Sequence record: ON210139.1 | From: Escherichia phage EC128 | Direction: 5' to 3' (one strand) | Length of the DNA: 64,000 nucleotides | Shown here: positions 39,340 through 50,415 of the stretch, one piece after another | Layout: every line of letters begins with the position of its first letter | Numbering within the stretch: the stretch's first letter is position 1 | Made by a program: the position numbers and the translations under genes | Notes under the pieces: generated by a model | Seen by the model: the letters and a program-made list of their open reading frames with translations, nothing else | What the model was told of the DNA's origin: nothing | The model's database searches: none

Positions 39340-40080
39340 ATGATTAACGATTATATGACAGTTGAAGAAATCCGTCTTGATTTGGGTCTTGCATTAAAGG
39401 AAAAAGATTTCGTAATTGATAAAACCGGGGTTAAAACTATTGAAATTATTGGTGCATCATTTGTAGCAGATGAACCTTTTATTTTTGGCGCTCTTAATGA
39501 TGAATACATTCAGCGTGAACTTGAATGGTATAAATCTAAGAGCTTGTTCGTTAAAGATATTCCAGGTGAAACACCGAAGATTTGGCAGCAGGTAGCATCT
39601 TCTAAAGGCGAAATTAACTCGAATTATGGTTGGGCTATCTGGTCAGAAGATAACTATGCTCAGTATGATATGTGTTTAGCTGAACTTGGTCAAAATCCTG
39701 ATTCTCGACGTGGTATCATGATTTATACTCGTCCATCCATGCAATTTGACTACAATAAAGATGGTATGTCAGATTTCATGTGTACGAATACAGTACAGTA
39801 CCTGATTCGTGATAAGAAAGTCAATGCGGTTGTTAGCATGAGAAGCAATGATTGCTGGGCAGGCTATCGTAATGATTATGCTTGGCAAAAATACGTACTA
39901 GATAAATTAGTATCTGATTTGAATGCAGGCGACCCATCGCGGCAATATAAAGCAGGTTCTATTATATGGAACGTTGGAAGTCTTCATGTGTACGAAAATC
40001 AGTTTTATTTAGTTGACCATTGGTGGAACACCGGTGAGACTCATATTGCTAAAAAGGATTATACTGGAAAATGGAAGTAA
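39340..40080 (+). CDS. 42: dCMP hydroxymethylase gp42
   Basis: 246 aa, thymidylate-synthase-like. Confidence 0.9.
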   Translation: MINDYMTVEEIRLDLGLALKEKDFVIDKTGVKTIEIIGASFVADEPFIFGALNDEYIQRELEWYKSKSLFVKDIPGETPKIWQQVASSKGEINSNYGWAIWSEDNYAQYDMCLAELGQNPDSRRGIMIYTRPSMQFDYNKDGMSDFMCTNTVQYLIRDKKVNAVVSMRSNDCWAGYRNDYAWQKYVLDKLVSDLNAGDPSRQYKAGSIIWNVGSLHVYENQFYLVDHWWNTGETHIAKKDYTGKWK

Positions 40081-40712
40081 ATGTGCCACATGTTTATAAG
40101 TATAAACATCCTAAAACTAAAAAGTGGTATATAGGAAGTCATGATGGTCACAACCCGAATTATGACGGTTCGGGTGTAGTTTGGCAACATGCTAAAAAGA
40201 AATATGGAATAAAATCCTTTAATAAAGAAATATTATATGAAGGACCAATGTTTAGACAGGTTGAAGAAATTATTTTAACTTGTTTAGATGCTGCTAATTG
40301 TCCGGATTCATATAATTTAAAGAATGAAGCATGGGGAGGAAGTTTTCCAGGCAAATTAAATGGAATGTACGGTAAAAAACTATCTCCAGAAGAAAGATAT
40401 AAGTGCGGAAATGCCTTTCGTGGAATCAAGCGTCCTGATCATTCTAAAAGAATGAAAGGCGAAGGTAATCCAATGTATGGTAAAAATGAGCAGGCATATG
40501 GAATTATAAATCGAGCAAAGGAAAATTCTGGTAAAACTTATGAAGAAATTTTTGGCGCAGAAAAAGCTAAAATAATTAAAGAAACGATGTCTAAAAATCG
40601 TAAAGGAAAACCTCATAATTTGATAGAAAAAATATGTCCGCATTGCGGACTAAAAGGACGTGGGCCAAATATGACAAGATACCATTTTGACAAATGTAAG
40701 GCACTTAAATGA
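40071..40712 (+). CDS. free-standing GIY-YIG-like homing endonuclease (possibly segA)
   Basis: KKWYIGSH...YDGSG, NUMOD-like repeats, C-terminal CPHCG zinc motif. Confidence 0.6.
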   Translation: MEVNVPHVYKYKHPKTKKWYIGSHDGHNPNYDGSGVVWQHAKKKYGIKSFNKEILYEGPMFRQVEEIILTCLDAANCPDSYNLKNEAWGGSFPGKLNGMYGKKLSPEERYKCGNAFRGIKRPDHSKRMKGEGNPMYGKNEQAYGIINRAKENSGKTYEEIFGAEKAKIIKETMSKNRKGKPHNLIEKICPHCGLKGRGPNMTRYHFDKCKALK

Positions 40713-41551
40713 TTCAATTCGTAATTCCAAGCTATCAACGCGTAGGGGCAGTTTCTGCCCTTGATATGTTTCCGACTGATTATGAACCACATATTGTAGT
40801 GCGTGAACACGAAGAAAAAGCTTATTATGATGCTTATGGGTCTAAAGCTAAAATTGTAACTATTCCTGATGATGTTAATGGAATTGCCGGTACTCGTAAA
40901 GCAATTACTGATATGTATGCAGGTCAACGAATCTGGATGATTGATGATGATACTACTATTCGTATGAGTTCAATACGAAAGAGAGACGATAAACGGCGCG
41001 TAGATAAAATTAATCAATTAACTCGTGAACAGTTCTATGAATTAATTCAATACGTTGAGGATGCTATGGATTGCGGGTATTATCACGGTCATGCTCGTCT
41101 ACCAATTTTTAAAATTACTTCATCTTGGGGTAATTATCGTGAAAACTCATATGGATTCACGAATACATGGTATGACCTCGGAAAACTTACGACAGAACAA
41201 ATTGGGTATGGAAAAATTGATTTATGTGAAGATATGTACGCATTTCTCAATTTAATTAATCAAGGTTATCCGCATTTGGCCTTGTTCAAATATCTAGTTG
41301 TATCTGGAAAATCACACGCTCCCGGCGGGTGCAGTTCAATTCGTAGTAATTCTAAACATAATAGAGCGCTTGAACAAATCAATAGAGAGTTTCCAGAGCA
41401 AGCTTGTTGGAAAACTTCTAATATTGAAAAACGAAAATCGTTGGGTGAAGAAGACGAGCCATTAAAGGTTCTTCGCATGTGTGTTTCTCGTAAAGAAAAA
41501 TCAGAAGCATTTCATAAGTTTAATGCTATTCATCCAATAGCAGTTGATTAA
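40709..41551 (+). CDS. 280-aa protein at the beta-gt locus; possibly a glucosyltransferase
   Basis: position between 42 and uvsX; shorter than the 351 aa I recall for T4 beta-gt. Confidence 0.45.
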   Translation: MIQFVIPSYQRVGAVSALDMFPTDYEPHIVVREHEEKAYYDAYGSKAKIVTIPDDVNGIAGTRKAITDMYAGQRIWMIDDDTTIRMSSIRKRDDKRRVDKINQLTREQFYELIQYVEDAMDCGYYHGHARLPIFKITSSWGNYRENSYGFTNTWYDLGKLTTEQIGYGKIDLCEDMYAFLNLINQGYPHLALFKYLVVSGKSHAPGGCSSIRSNSKHNRALEQINREFPEQACWKTSNIEKRKSLGEEDEPLKVLRMCVSRKEKSEAFHKFNAIHPIAVD

Positions 41552-41628
41552 TGCCTAAATTTATTGTGTTATAATTACTCTATCTTTAACCAGTGAGGAA
41601 AATATAATGATGCCTATGGAAAAAATGA

Positions 41629-42810
41629 ATGTCTATTGCAGATTTAAAATCCCGTTTGATTAAAGCTTCCACTTCTAAAATGACTGCTGAACTGACTACA
41701 TCTAAATTCTTTAATGAAAAGGATGTAATTCGTACAAAAATTCCAATGCTTAATATTGCTATTTCTGGTGCGATTGATGGTGGTATGCAGTCTGGTTTAA
41801 CTATTTTCGCAGGGCCTTCTAAACACTTTAAATCAAATATGTCTTTGACTATGGTTGCGGCGTATTTGAACAAATATCCTGACGCGGTTTGTCTATTCTA
41901 TGATAGCGAATTTGGTATTACTCCAGCTTATTTGCGATCCATGGGAGTTGACCCGGAACGAGTAATTCATACGCCGATTCAGTCAGTTGAACAACTGAAA
42001 ATTGATATGGTGAACCAGCTTGAAGCTATTGAGCGTGGTGAAAAGGTTATTGTATTCATCGACTCAATCGGTAATATGGCTTCTAAGAAAGAAACGGAAG
42101 ATGCCTTGAATGAAAAATCTGTGGCAGATATGACTCGTGCTAAATCACTGAAGTCATTATTCCGTATTGTTACTCCTTATTTTAGCATTAAAAATATTCC
42201 ATGTGTTGCGGTTAACCATACAATTGAAACAATTGAAATGTTTAGTAAAACCGTGATGACAGGTGGTACAGGCGTAATGTATTCGGCTGATACTGTATTC
42301 ATTATCGGTAAGCGTCAGATTAAAGATGGTTCTGATCTTCAGGGGTATCAATTTGTTCTAAATGTAGAAAAATCTCGTACCGTTAAAGAAAAAAGTAAAT
42401 TCTTTATTGATGTTAAATTTGACGGTGGTATCGATCCTTATTCTGGATTGTTAGATATGGCTCTAGAATTAGGATTTGTAGTAAAACCTAAAAATGGCTG
42501 GTATGCTCGTGAATTTCTTGACGAAGAAACCGGCGAGATGATTCGCGAAGAAAAATCTTGGCGTGCAAAAGATACCAACTGCACTACATTCTGGGGTCCT
42601 TTATTTAAGCATCAACCATTCCGAGATGCTATTAAACGTGCTTATCAGTTAGGTGCTATTGATAGTAATGAAATTGTTGAAGCTGAAGTTGATGAATTGA
42701 TTAACTCAAAGGTTGAAAAATTTAAATCTCCAGAAAGTAAAAGTAAATCAGCTGCTGATTTAGAAACTGACCTCGAACAGTTAAGTGATATGGAAGAATT
42801 TAATGAATAA
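41629..42810 (+). CDS. uvsX: recombinase UvsX (RecA-like)
   Basis: 393 aa, RecA fold, acidic C-terminal tail. Confidence 0.95.
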   Translation: MSIADLKSRLIKASTSKMTAELTTSKFFNEKDVIRTKIPMLNIAISGAIDGGMQSGLTIFAGPSKHFKSNMSLTMVAAYLNKYPDAVCLFYDSEFGITPAYLRSMGVDPERVIHTPIQSVEQLKIDMVNQLEAIERGEKVIVFIDSIGNMASKKETEDALNEKSVADMTRAKSLKSLFRIVTPYFSIKNIPCVAVNHTIETIEMFSKTVMTGGTGVMYSADTVFIIGKRQIKDGSDLQGYQFVLNVEKSRTVKEKSKFFIDVKFDGGIDPYSGLLDMALELGFVVKPKNGWYAREFLDEETGEMIREEKSWRAKDTNCTTFWGPLFKHQPFRDAIKRAYQLGAIDSNEIVEAEVDELINSKVEKFKSPESKSKSAADLETDLEQLSDMEEFNE

Positions 42811-43147
42811 AGATGATTTAGACTTAGATCTAGAAATTATCGATGAATCCCCCTCTTCGGAGGGGGAAGAAGAAAGAAAAGAACGTCTTTTTAATGAATC
42901 TCTTAAGATAATTAAATCTGCCATGGAAAATGTTATCCAGGAGATTGTCATTAAACTAGAAGATGGTTCTACACACATTGTGTATGTGACAAAATTAGAT
43001 TGGGTTGATGGAAAGGTTGTAATGGACTTTGCTGTTCTTGACCAAGAAAGAAAAGCTGAGTTAGCTCCTCATGTAGAAAAATGTATTACAATGCAACTGC
43101 AAGATGCATTTAATAAAAGGTCAAAGAAAAAGTTTAAATTCTTTTAA
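42803..43147 (+). CDS. 40: gp40
   Basis: between uvsX and 41; start trimmed to ATG 42803. Confidence 0.55.
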   Translation: MNKDDLDLDLEIIDESPSSEGEEERKERLFNESLKIIKSAMENVIQEIVIKLEDGSTHIVYVTKLDWVDGKVVMDFAVLDQERKAELAPHVEKCITMQLQDAFNKRSKKKFKFF

Positions 43148-43156
43148 GGAGTAAGT

Positions 43157-44584
43157 GTGGTAGAAATTATTCTTTCTCATCTTATATTTGATCAAGCTTA
43201 TTTTTCAAAAGTTTGGCCATATATGGATTCAGAATATTTTGAAAGTGGTCCAGCTAAAAATACATTCAAATTAATTAAATCTCATGTCAATGAGTATCAT
43301 AGCGTTCCATCTATTAATGCGTTAAATGTTGCATTAGAAAATAGTTCATTTACTGAAACAGAATATTCTGGTGTAAAAACACTTATTTCAAAACTAGCTG
43401 ATTCTCCGGAAGACCACAGCTGGTTAGTAAAAGAAACAGAAAAATATGTTCAGCAAAGGGCGATGTTTAATGCTACGTCTAAAATAATCGAAATTCAAAC
43501 TAATGCTGAGCTTCCTCCGGAAAAACGAAATAAGAAAATGCCAGATGTAGGTGCTATTCCTGACATCATGCGCCAAGCATTATCAATTTCATTTGATAGT
43601 TACGTTGGTCATGATTGGATGGATGACTACGAAGCACGCTGGCTATCTTATATGAATAAAGCTCGTAAAGTTCCGTTTAAACTCAGAATTCTAAACAAAA
43701 TTACGAAAGGCGGAGCTGAAACTGGAACACTGAACGTTTTAATGGCTGGCGTTAACGTTGGTAAGTCATTAGGTCTGTGTTCATTGGCAGCAGATTATTT
43801 GCAGCTCGGACATAATGTTCTTTACATTTCCATGGAAATGGCAGAAGAAGTCTGTGCTAAGCGTATTGATGCTAATATGCTTGATGTTTCTCTTGATGAC
43901 ATTGATGATGGGCATATTTCTTACGCTGAGTATAAAGGAAAAATGGAAAAATGGCGTGAGAAATCTACTCTCGGTCGTTTAATCGTTAAACAGTATCCTA
44001 CTGGTGGAGCAGATGCTAATACATTTCGGTCGCTTTTAAATGAATTAAAGCTCAAGAAGAATTTTGTTCCAACAATCATTATTGTTGACTATCTAGGTAT
44101 TTGTAAATCTTGCCGCATTAGAGTTTATTCAGAAAATAGTTACACAACTGTTAAAGCCATCGCAGAAGAATTGCGTGCTCTGGCTGTTGAAACTGAAACT
44201 GTTCTTTGGACTGCAGCACAGGTTGGTAAACAGGCTTGGGATTCTTCTGATGTTAACATGAGCGATATTGCAGAATCTGCTGGTCTTCCAGCAACAGCTG
44301 ATTTTATGCTTGCGGTCATTGAAACCGAGGAGTTAGCAGCTGCTGAACAACAACTCATTAAGCAAATCAAATCACGATATGGTGATAAGAATAAGTGGAA
44401 TAAGTTTTTGATGGGTGTTCAAAAGGGAAATCAGAAATGGGTAGAAATTGAACAAGATTCTACTCCAACTGAAGTGAACGAAGTAGCAGGTTCACAACAG
44501 ATTCAGGCTGAGCAGAATCGCTATCAAAGAAATGAATCCACTCGAGCTCAGTTAGATGCTTTGGCGAATGAATTAAAATTTTAG
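43157..44584 (+). CDS. 41: replicative helicase gp41 (DnaB-like)
   Basis: 475 aa, Walker A GVNVGKS, GTG start. Confidence 0.95.
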   Translation: MVEIILSHLIFDQAYFSKVWPYMDSEYFESGPAKNTFKLIKSHVNEYHSVPSINALNVALENSSFTETEYSGVKTLISKLADSPEDHSWLVKETEKYVQQRAMFNATSKIIEIQTNAELPPEKRNKKMPDVGAIPDIMRQALSISFDSYVGHDWMDDYEARWLSYMNKARKVPFKLRILNKITKGGAETGTLNVLMAGVNVGKSLGLCSLAADYLQLGHNVLYISMEMAEEVCAKRIDANMLDVSLDDIDDGHISYAEYKGKMEKWREKSTLGRLIVKQYPTGGADANTFRSLLNELKLKKNFVPTIIIVDYLGICKSCRIRVYSENSYTTVKAIAEELRALAVETETVLWTAAQVGKQAWDSSDVNMSDIAESAGLPATADFMLAVIETEELAAAEQQLIKQIKSRYGDKNKWNKFLMGVQKGNQKWVEIEQDSTPTEVNEVAGSQQIQAEQNRYQRNESTRAQLDALANELKF

Positions 44585-44613
44585 TTTACAAGCTGACGAG
44601 ACTATGGTATAGT
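44584..44613 (+). promoter_or_regulatory. early promoter with inverted repeat
   Basis: GTTTAC 44584-44589, TATAGT -10 flanked by AGACTA/TAGTCT. Confidence 0.55.
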
Positions 44614-44642
44614 AGTCTTGTTGGTTAAATGAGGAGATTGTT

Positions 44643-44825
44643 ATGGAATTGGTAAAGGTAGTTTTTATGGGGTGGTTTAAGAATGAAAGCATGTTTACTA
44701 AAGAAACCACAATGATGAAAGATGACGTTCAATGGGTTACTACTCAGTATGCTGAAGTTAATAAAGCATTAGTTAAAGCTTTCATTGATGACAAGAAAGT
44801 ATGTGAAGTGGATTGCCGAGGATAA
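44643..44825 (+). CDS. dmd: Dmd-like antitoxin (tentative)
   Basis: 60 aa, first gene after 41 as for T4 61.5. Confidence 0.45.
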   Translation: MELVKVVFMGWFKNESMFTKETTMMKDDVQWVTTQYAEVNKALVKAFIDDKKVCEVDCRG

Positions 44826-44826
44826 T

Positions 44827-45084
44827 ATGCATATTGTTTTATTTAAACCTACTCCGTATAACGTCAGGAAAAATACGCAATTCAAAGCACTTATTGCAGA
44901 TACGTGGGAATTGGTGCTAGATATTCCAGCAGAAGAAAGTCCTCCATTTGGTCGAGTGGAATTTATTAAGTTTGCTGTACGTCCTACGAAGCGACAGATT
45001 CGTCAATGTAAAAGATACTTTCGTAAAATCGTCAAGCTAGAGAAACAGTTTGTAACATGTGATTACGCAGAAGTTTTAAAATAA
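44827..45084 (+). CDS. hypothetical basic protein
   Basis: SD GAGGATAATATG; 85 aa. Confidence 0.5.
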   Translation: MHIVLFKPTPYNVRKNTQFKALIADTWELVLDIPAEESPPFGRVEFIKFAVRPTKRQIRQCKRYFRKIVKLEKQFVTCDYAEVLK

Positions 45085-45086
45085 CT

Positions 45087-45116
45087 GTTTACTTTTGTTG
45101 GAAATTGAGATATTAT
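45087..45116 (+). promoter_or_regulatory. early promoter
   Basis: GTTTAC 45087-45092, TATTAT -10. Confidence 0.5.
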
Positions 45117-45144
45117 ATAAACATAAACTACTGAGGAGATTATC

Positions 45145-45438
45145 ATGAAAAAATTTGTTTTTGCTGCAATTTTTGCTTTAGCTTCTTGTGCTGCTCAGCC
45201 TGCTATGGCAGGTTATGATAAAGATTTGTGCGAATGGTCTATGACTGCAGATCAGACTGAAGTTGAAACTCAAATTGAAGCGGATATTATGAATATCGTT
45301 GAGCGCGATCGTCCTGAAATGAAAGCTGAAGTGCAAAAACAACTTAAGTCTGGTGGTGTAATGCAGTATAATTATGTTCTGTATTGCGATAAAAACTTTA
45401 ATAATAAAAATATCATCGCTGAAGTGGTAGGTGAATAA
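45145..45438 (+). CDS. sp: periplasmic protein, Spackle-like (tentative)
   Basis: 97 aa with cleavable signal peptide ...AQPAMA. Confidence 0.45.
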   Translation: MKKFVFAAIFALASCAAQPAMAGYDKDLCEWSMTADQTEVETQIEADIMNIVERDRPEMKAEVQKQLKSGGVMQYNYVLYCDKNFNNKNIIAEVVGE

Positions 45439-46064
45439 TGCTTTATCAAATGCACAAGTGTAAAGACACGTACAAATATAAAGGTGCCCAGTGTTATATC
45501 ATTAATCGTGAAAACGCAGGTCCAGGCCATTCGCATCAATCACGGTTTGTATTCGTTAAAAATAATGAAATTATAGCAGTTGCTAATTATATGCTTGTGA
45601 CCAATGATGTTAATCCGGTGCCTTTCACATATGACAATCTAATGGACTTGGCATATGATTATAATTGGTTTAATCATGATACTTTGGCTCATATTGAAGG
45701 CGTAGGATTTGACATCTCTTATTCTAGTTATTCGTTGTGCCCTATGAGCCGAGCTCATAAAGAGCCTGAATATTTTTCATTTCGTCGGCGTGTAGACTTT
45801 AAACGCAGTACAGAGTATGTCGGTGGAATCTTTGTTAAAGATAATCGAATTACTCGCATTATTTATCCTTTGGGCTTTGGTCAAAAAGATATTGATGTTG
45901 ATTTAGACTTTACTGAAAATATCATTAATCATATTGCTTCTGTGTATTTTGATATTGATCACAAAATTGTAATATGTGGATATGAATTGCCATCTGAAAA
46001 ACAGTCTAAAGTAAATGTTTCTATTGATGACCAAATTTTTAATGCTTTTATGAATAGAGGTTAA
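45438..46064 (+). CDS. hypothetical protein (61.2 position)
   Basis: 208-aa ORF, ATGA overlap. Confidence 0.55.
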   Translation: MLYQMHKCKDTYKYKGAQCYIINRENAGPGHSHQSRFVFVKNNEIIAVANYMLVTNDVNPVPFTYDNLMDLAYDYNWFNHDTLAHIEGVGFDISYSSYSLCPMSRAHKEPEYFSFRRRVDFKRSTEYVGGIFVKDNRITRIIYPLGFGQKDIDVDLDFTENIINHIASVYFDIDHKIVICGYELPSEKQSKVNVSIDDQIFNAFMNRG

Positions 46065-46065
46065 T

Positions 46066-46230
46066 ATGAAAACATATAAAGAATTTATTAAAGAAGATAT
46101 GGTCGCTGGAGATTCAGGTGGTAATCCTGAAAATATCTCTACTGGAACAACATCAGGTGCTGTAGTAAATAAAGGTCCTGAACAGATTCCTAAAAAGAAA
46201 AAAGAGGAATCTAAAGAAAAAGAAGAGTAA
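46066..46230 (+). CDS. small Lys/Glu-rich protein (54 aa)
   Basis: hand-translated; fills gap before 61. Confidence 0.35.
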   Translation: MKTYKEFIKEDMVAGDSGGNPENISTGTTSGAVVNKGPEQIPKKKKEESKEKEE

Positions 46231-46232
46231 AA

Positions 46233-47261
46233 ATGTCATCAATACCTTGGATTGATAATGAGTTTGCATACCGTGCATTAGCTCATTTACCTAAATTCAC
46301 ACAAGTAAATAATAGTTCAACTTTTAAATTACGGTTTAGATGCCCAGTGTGTGGAGATTCAAAAACCGACCAGAATAAAGCTCGTGGATGGTATTATGGC
46401 GATAATAATGAAGGAAATATTCATTGTTATAACTGTAACTATCATGCACCAATCGGAATATATTTAAAGGAGTTTGAACCTGATTTATATCGTGAGTATA
46501 TCTTTGAAATAAGAAAAGAAAAAGGTAAAAGTCGTCCAGTAGAAAAACCTAAAGAACTTCCTAAACAACCTGAGAAGAAAATAATTAAATCTCTTCCGTC
46601 ATGTGTTAGATTAGATAAACTGACGGAAGACCATCCAATTATAAAATATGTAAAAGCTCGTTGTATTCCAAAGGATAAATGGAAATATCTTTGGTTTACA
46701 ACCGAATGGCCTAAATTGGTTAATAGCATAGCACCGGGAACATATAAAAAGGAAATACCTGAGTCTCGTCTTGTTATTCCAATTTATAATGCTAATGGAA
46801 AAGCTGAGTCTTTTCAAGGACGTGCATTAAAGAAAGATGCTCCTCAAAAATATATCACCATCAAAGCTTATCCTGAAGCAACAAAAATCTATGGAGTCGA
46901 ACGAGTTAAAGATGGTGATGTATATGTTCTAGAAGGACCTATAGATTCACTTTTTATTGAAAATGGTATAGCTATTACGGGTGGTCAATTAGACCTAGAA
47001 GTTGTTCCATTTAAAGATAGACGAGTGTGGGTCTTAGATAATGAACCTCGTCACCCTGACACTATTAAACGAATGACTAAATTAGTTGATGCAGGAGAAA
47101 GGGTTATGTTTTGGGATAAATCTCCCTGGAAATCAAAAGATGTTAATGATATGATTAGAAAGGAAGGTGCAACCCCTGAACAAATTATGGAATATATGAA
47201 AAATAATATTGCCCAGGGGTTAATGGCTAAAATGCGGCTATCTAAATATGCTAAGATTTAA
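46233..47261 (+). CDS. 61: DNA primase gp61
   Basis: 342 aa, zinc ribbon CPVCG...CYNC, TOPRIM-like core. Confidence 0.9.
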   Translation: MSSIPWIDNEFAYRALAHLPKFTQVNNSSTFKLRFRCPVCGDSKTDQNKARGWYYGDNNEGNIHCYNCNYHAPIGIYLKEFEPDLYREYIFEIRKEKGKSRPVEKPKELPKQPEKKIIKSLPSCVRLDKLTEDHPIIKYVKARCIPKDKWKYLWFTTEWPKLVNSIAPGTYKKEIPESRLVIPIYNANGKAESFQGRALKKDAPQKYITIKAYPEATKIYGVERVKDGDVYVLEGPIDSLFIENGIAITGGQLDLEVVPFKDRRVWVLDNEPRHPDTIKRMTKLVDAGERVMFWDKSPWKSKDVNDMIRKEGATPEQIMEYMKNNIAQGLMAKMRLSKYAKI

Positions 47262-47458
47262 ATTAACCCAACTAAAGCAAATGCTAAATCTACGAATGTA
47301 TCAAGAGTAACTACTGGAATACTAACGCCATGAGCAATAGCAACTGGCGATAAAACAAAATTCCAAAGTAAAATTCCTATCATAGCAGAAATAGTAAAAG
47401 CTATACGTTTCTTATTACCTTTTATGGCATTAACAAGTGCCATTAATTTTTGTACCAT
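47258..47458 (-). CDS. small two-helix membrane protein, opposite orientation
   Basis: 66 aa; strong SD AAGGAGG 5 nt before its ATG; converges on gene 61 stop. Confidence 0.45.
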   Translation of the reverse strand: MVQKLMALVNAIKGNKKRIAFTISAMIGILLWNFVLSPVAIAHGVSIPVVTLDTFVDLAFALVGLI

Positions 47459-47493
47459 ATGTCCTCCTTTAAATTAATATTTATCATAAATTT

Positions 47494-47523
47494 GTTTACT
47501 TTCTCAGCTTGTTATGGTATTAT
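47494..47523 (+). promoter_or_regulatory. early promoter
   Basis: GTTTAC 47494-47499, TGGTATTAT -10. Confidence 0.55.
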
Positions 47524-47548
47524 AAAATAAATTGCTGAGGATGATATA

Positions 47549-48888
<1,340 letters not shown>

Positions 48889-48950
48889 TTGCTTACATAT
48901 TCAAATGATATAATTATTTAACTTATTGATGAATTGAAAGGAAAAATAAC

Positions 48951-49466
48951 ATGCCACATTTCAACGAATGTAGTCAACTGATCGAAGGCGCTGATAAAGC
49001 TCAAAATGAGTATTGGGATATTCTCGGTGATGAAAAAGACCCGCTGCAGGTTATGCTTGATATGCAGAAATCTTTACAGGTTCGTTTAGCAAATGACCGC
49101 GAATACTGTTATCATCCAGATAAATTAGAAACTGCCGGTGATGTTGTTTCTTGGATGCGTGAACAAAAAGACTGTATTGATGATGAATTCCGCGAACTTC
49201 TGACTTCTCTTGGTGAAATGTCACGTGGTGAAAAAGATGCATCGGCAGTTTGGAAAAAATGGAAAGCACGTTATATTGAAGCGCAAGAAAAACGCATTGA
49301 TGAAATGTCCCCAGAAGATCAGCTCGAAATTAAATTTGAGCTTGTGGATATATTTCATTTCGTATTAAATATGTTTGCTGGCCTTGGAATGAATGCGGAA
49401 GAAATCTTTAAACTTTATTATTTGAAAAATAAACATAATTTTGAACGTCAAGATAATGGGTATTAA
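48951..49466 (+). CDS. 56: dCTPase/dCTP pyrophosphatase gp56
   Basis: 171 aa, MazG-like; between dam and soc. Confidence 0.8.
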   Translation: MPHFNECSQLIEGADKAQNEYWDILGDEKDPLQVMLDMQKSLQVRLANDREYCYHPDKLETAGDVVSWMREQKDCIDDEFRELLTSLGEMSRGEKDASAVWKKWKARYIEAQEKRIDEMSPEDQLEIKFELVDIFHFVLNMFAGLGMNAEEIFKLYYLKNKHNFERQDNGY

Positions 49467-50130
49467 ACAAAAATTTTATAGAACATATATAGTAAAAGTT
49501 AGGACGCCGAAAGGCGTCTTTTGGTACGCTGGGAAACATGAATCATTTATTGTAAATCCATATGATGATAAATATCCGGGGTCAGGCAAAATACTATGGA
49601 ACATATATCGTAAGTATGGTTTTAATTATAAAATACGTTGGTCAAAATGCCATGGTTCTAGAGAAAAATCATATGAAGTTGAACGCGAGCTAATATCTGC
49701 ATTAAAACGTAAACACCCAGATACTTGCATTAATATTTCTCCTGGTGGTCAGGGTGGAGAAGGAAGAAAATGGACTGAGCAACAACGATTAGAACATAAA
49801 CTTAGATTAAACAATCCTGAAACAAAAACTCGGATGAAGAATTCACAACGTATAGCCCAAAATAGAGCAGAACGAAAAGCTCGGCAATCTGAAGTAATGA
49901 AAAAGTTTTATTCGAATGGCGGAAATAAAAAGATTTCAGAAGGAACTTCAAGGGCGCAAAGAAAAGCGCCGCATTGGCATGAACCGCTTAAAAGCGAAAT
50001 ACATGAGTTATGGGTTTCTTTAGGTAAACCAGCAACAGGCCCGGTTGTAAAGGCGCTTAAAGGAAAATATGATGTAACAAGTTCAGCTCTTAAGAATTTA
50101 ATTTACTTATTCAGAAAAGAAGATATATAA
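49456..50130 (+). CDS. segF: free-standing GIY-YIG-like homing endonuclease (SegF-like)
   Basis: FWYAGKH...YPGSG, NUMOD-like repeats; adjacent to gene 56. Confidence 0.55.
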   Translation: MGIKQKFYRTYIVKVRTPKGVFWYAGKHESFIVNPYDDKYPGSGKILWNIYRKYGFNYKIRWSKCHGSREKSYEVERELISALKRKHPDTCINISPGGQGGEGRKWTEQQRLEHKLRLNNPETKTRMKNSQRIAQNRAERKARQSEVMKKFYSNGGNKKISEGTSRAQRKAPHWHEPLKSEIHELWVSLGKPATGPVVKALKGKYDVTSSALKNLIYLFRKEDI

Positions 50131-50133
50131 ATA
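50126..50133 (+). promoter_or_regulatory. late promoter TATAAATA for soc
   Basis: exact TATAAATA 31 nt upstream of soc ATG. Confidence 0.55.
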
Positions 50134-50163
50134 ATCATGTAATTTAAATAAAAGGAGAATTAC

Positions 50164-50409
50164 ATGGCTAGTACTCGCGGTTATGTTAATATCAAAACAT
50201 TTGAGCAGAAATTAGATGGAAATAAGAAAATTGAAGGAAAGGAAATTTCAGTAGCTTTCCCTCTTTATTCTGATGTTCACAAAATTTCTGGCGCTCATTA
50301 CCAGACATTCCCTTCAGAAAAAGCAGCATATACTACTGTATATGAAGAAAATCAGCGTACTGAATGGATTGCTGCAAACGAAGATTTGTGGAAAGTAACT
50401 GGTGAATAA
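50164..50409 (+). CDS. soc: small outer capsid protein Soc
   Basis: 81 aa; SD AAAGGAG. Confidence 0.8.
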   Translation: MASTRGYVNIKTFEQKLDGNKKIEGKEISVAFPLYSDVHKISGAHYQTFPSEKAAYTTVYEENQRTEWIAANEDLWKVTGE

Positions 50410-50415
50410 ATTCAA

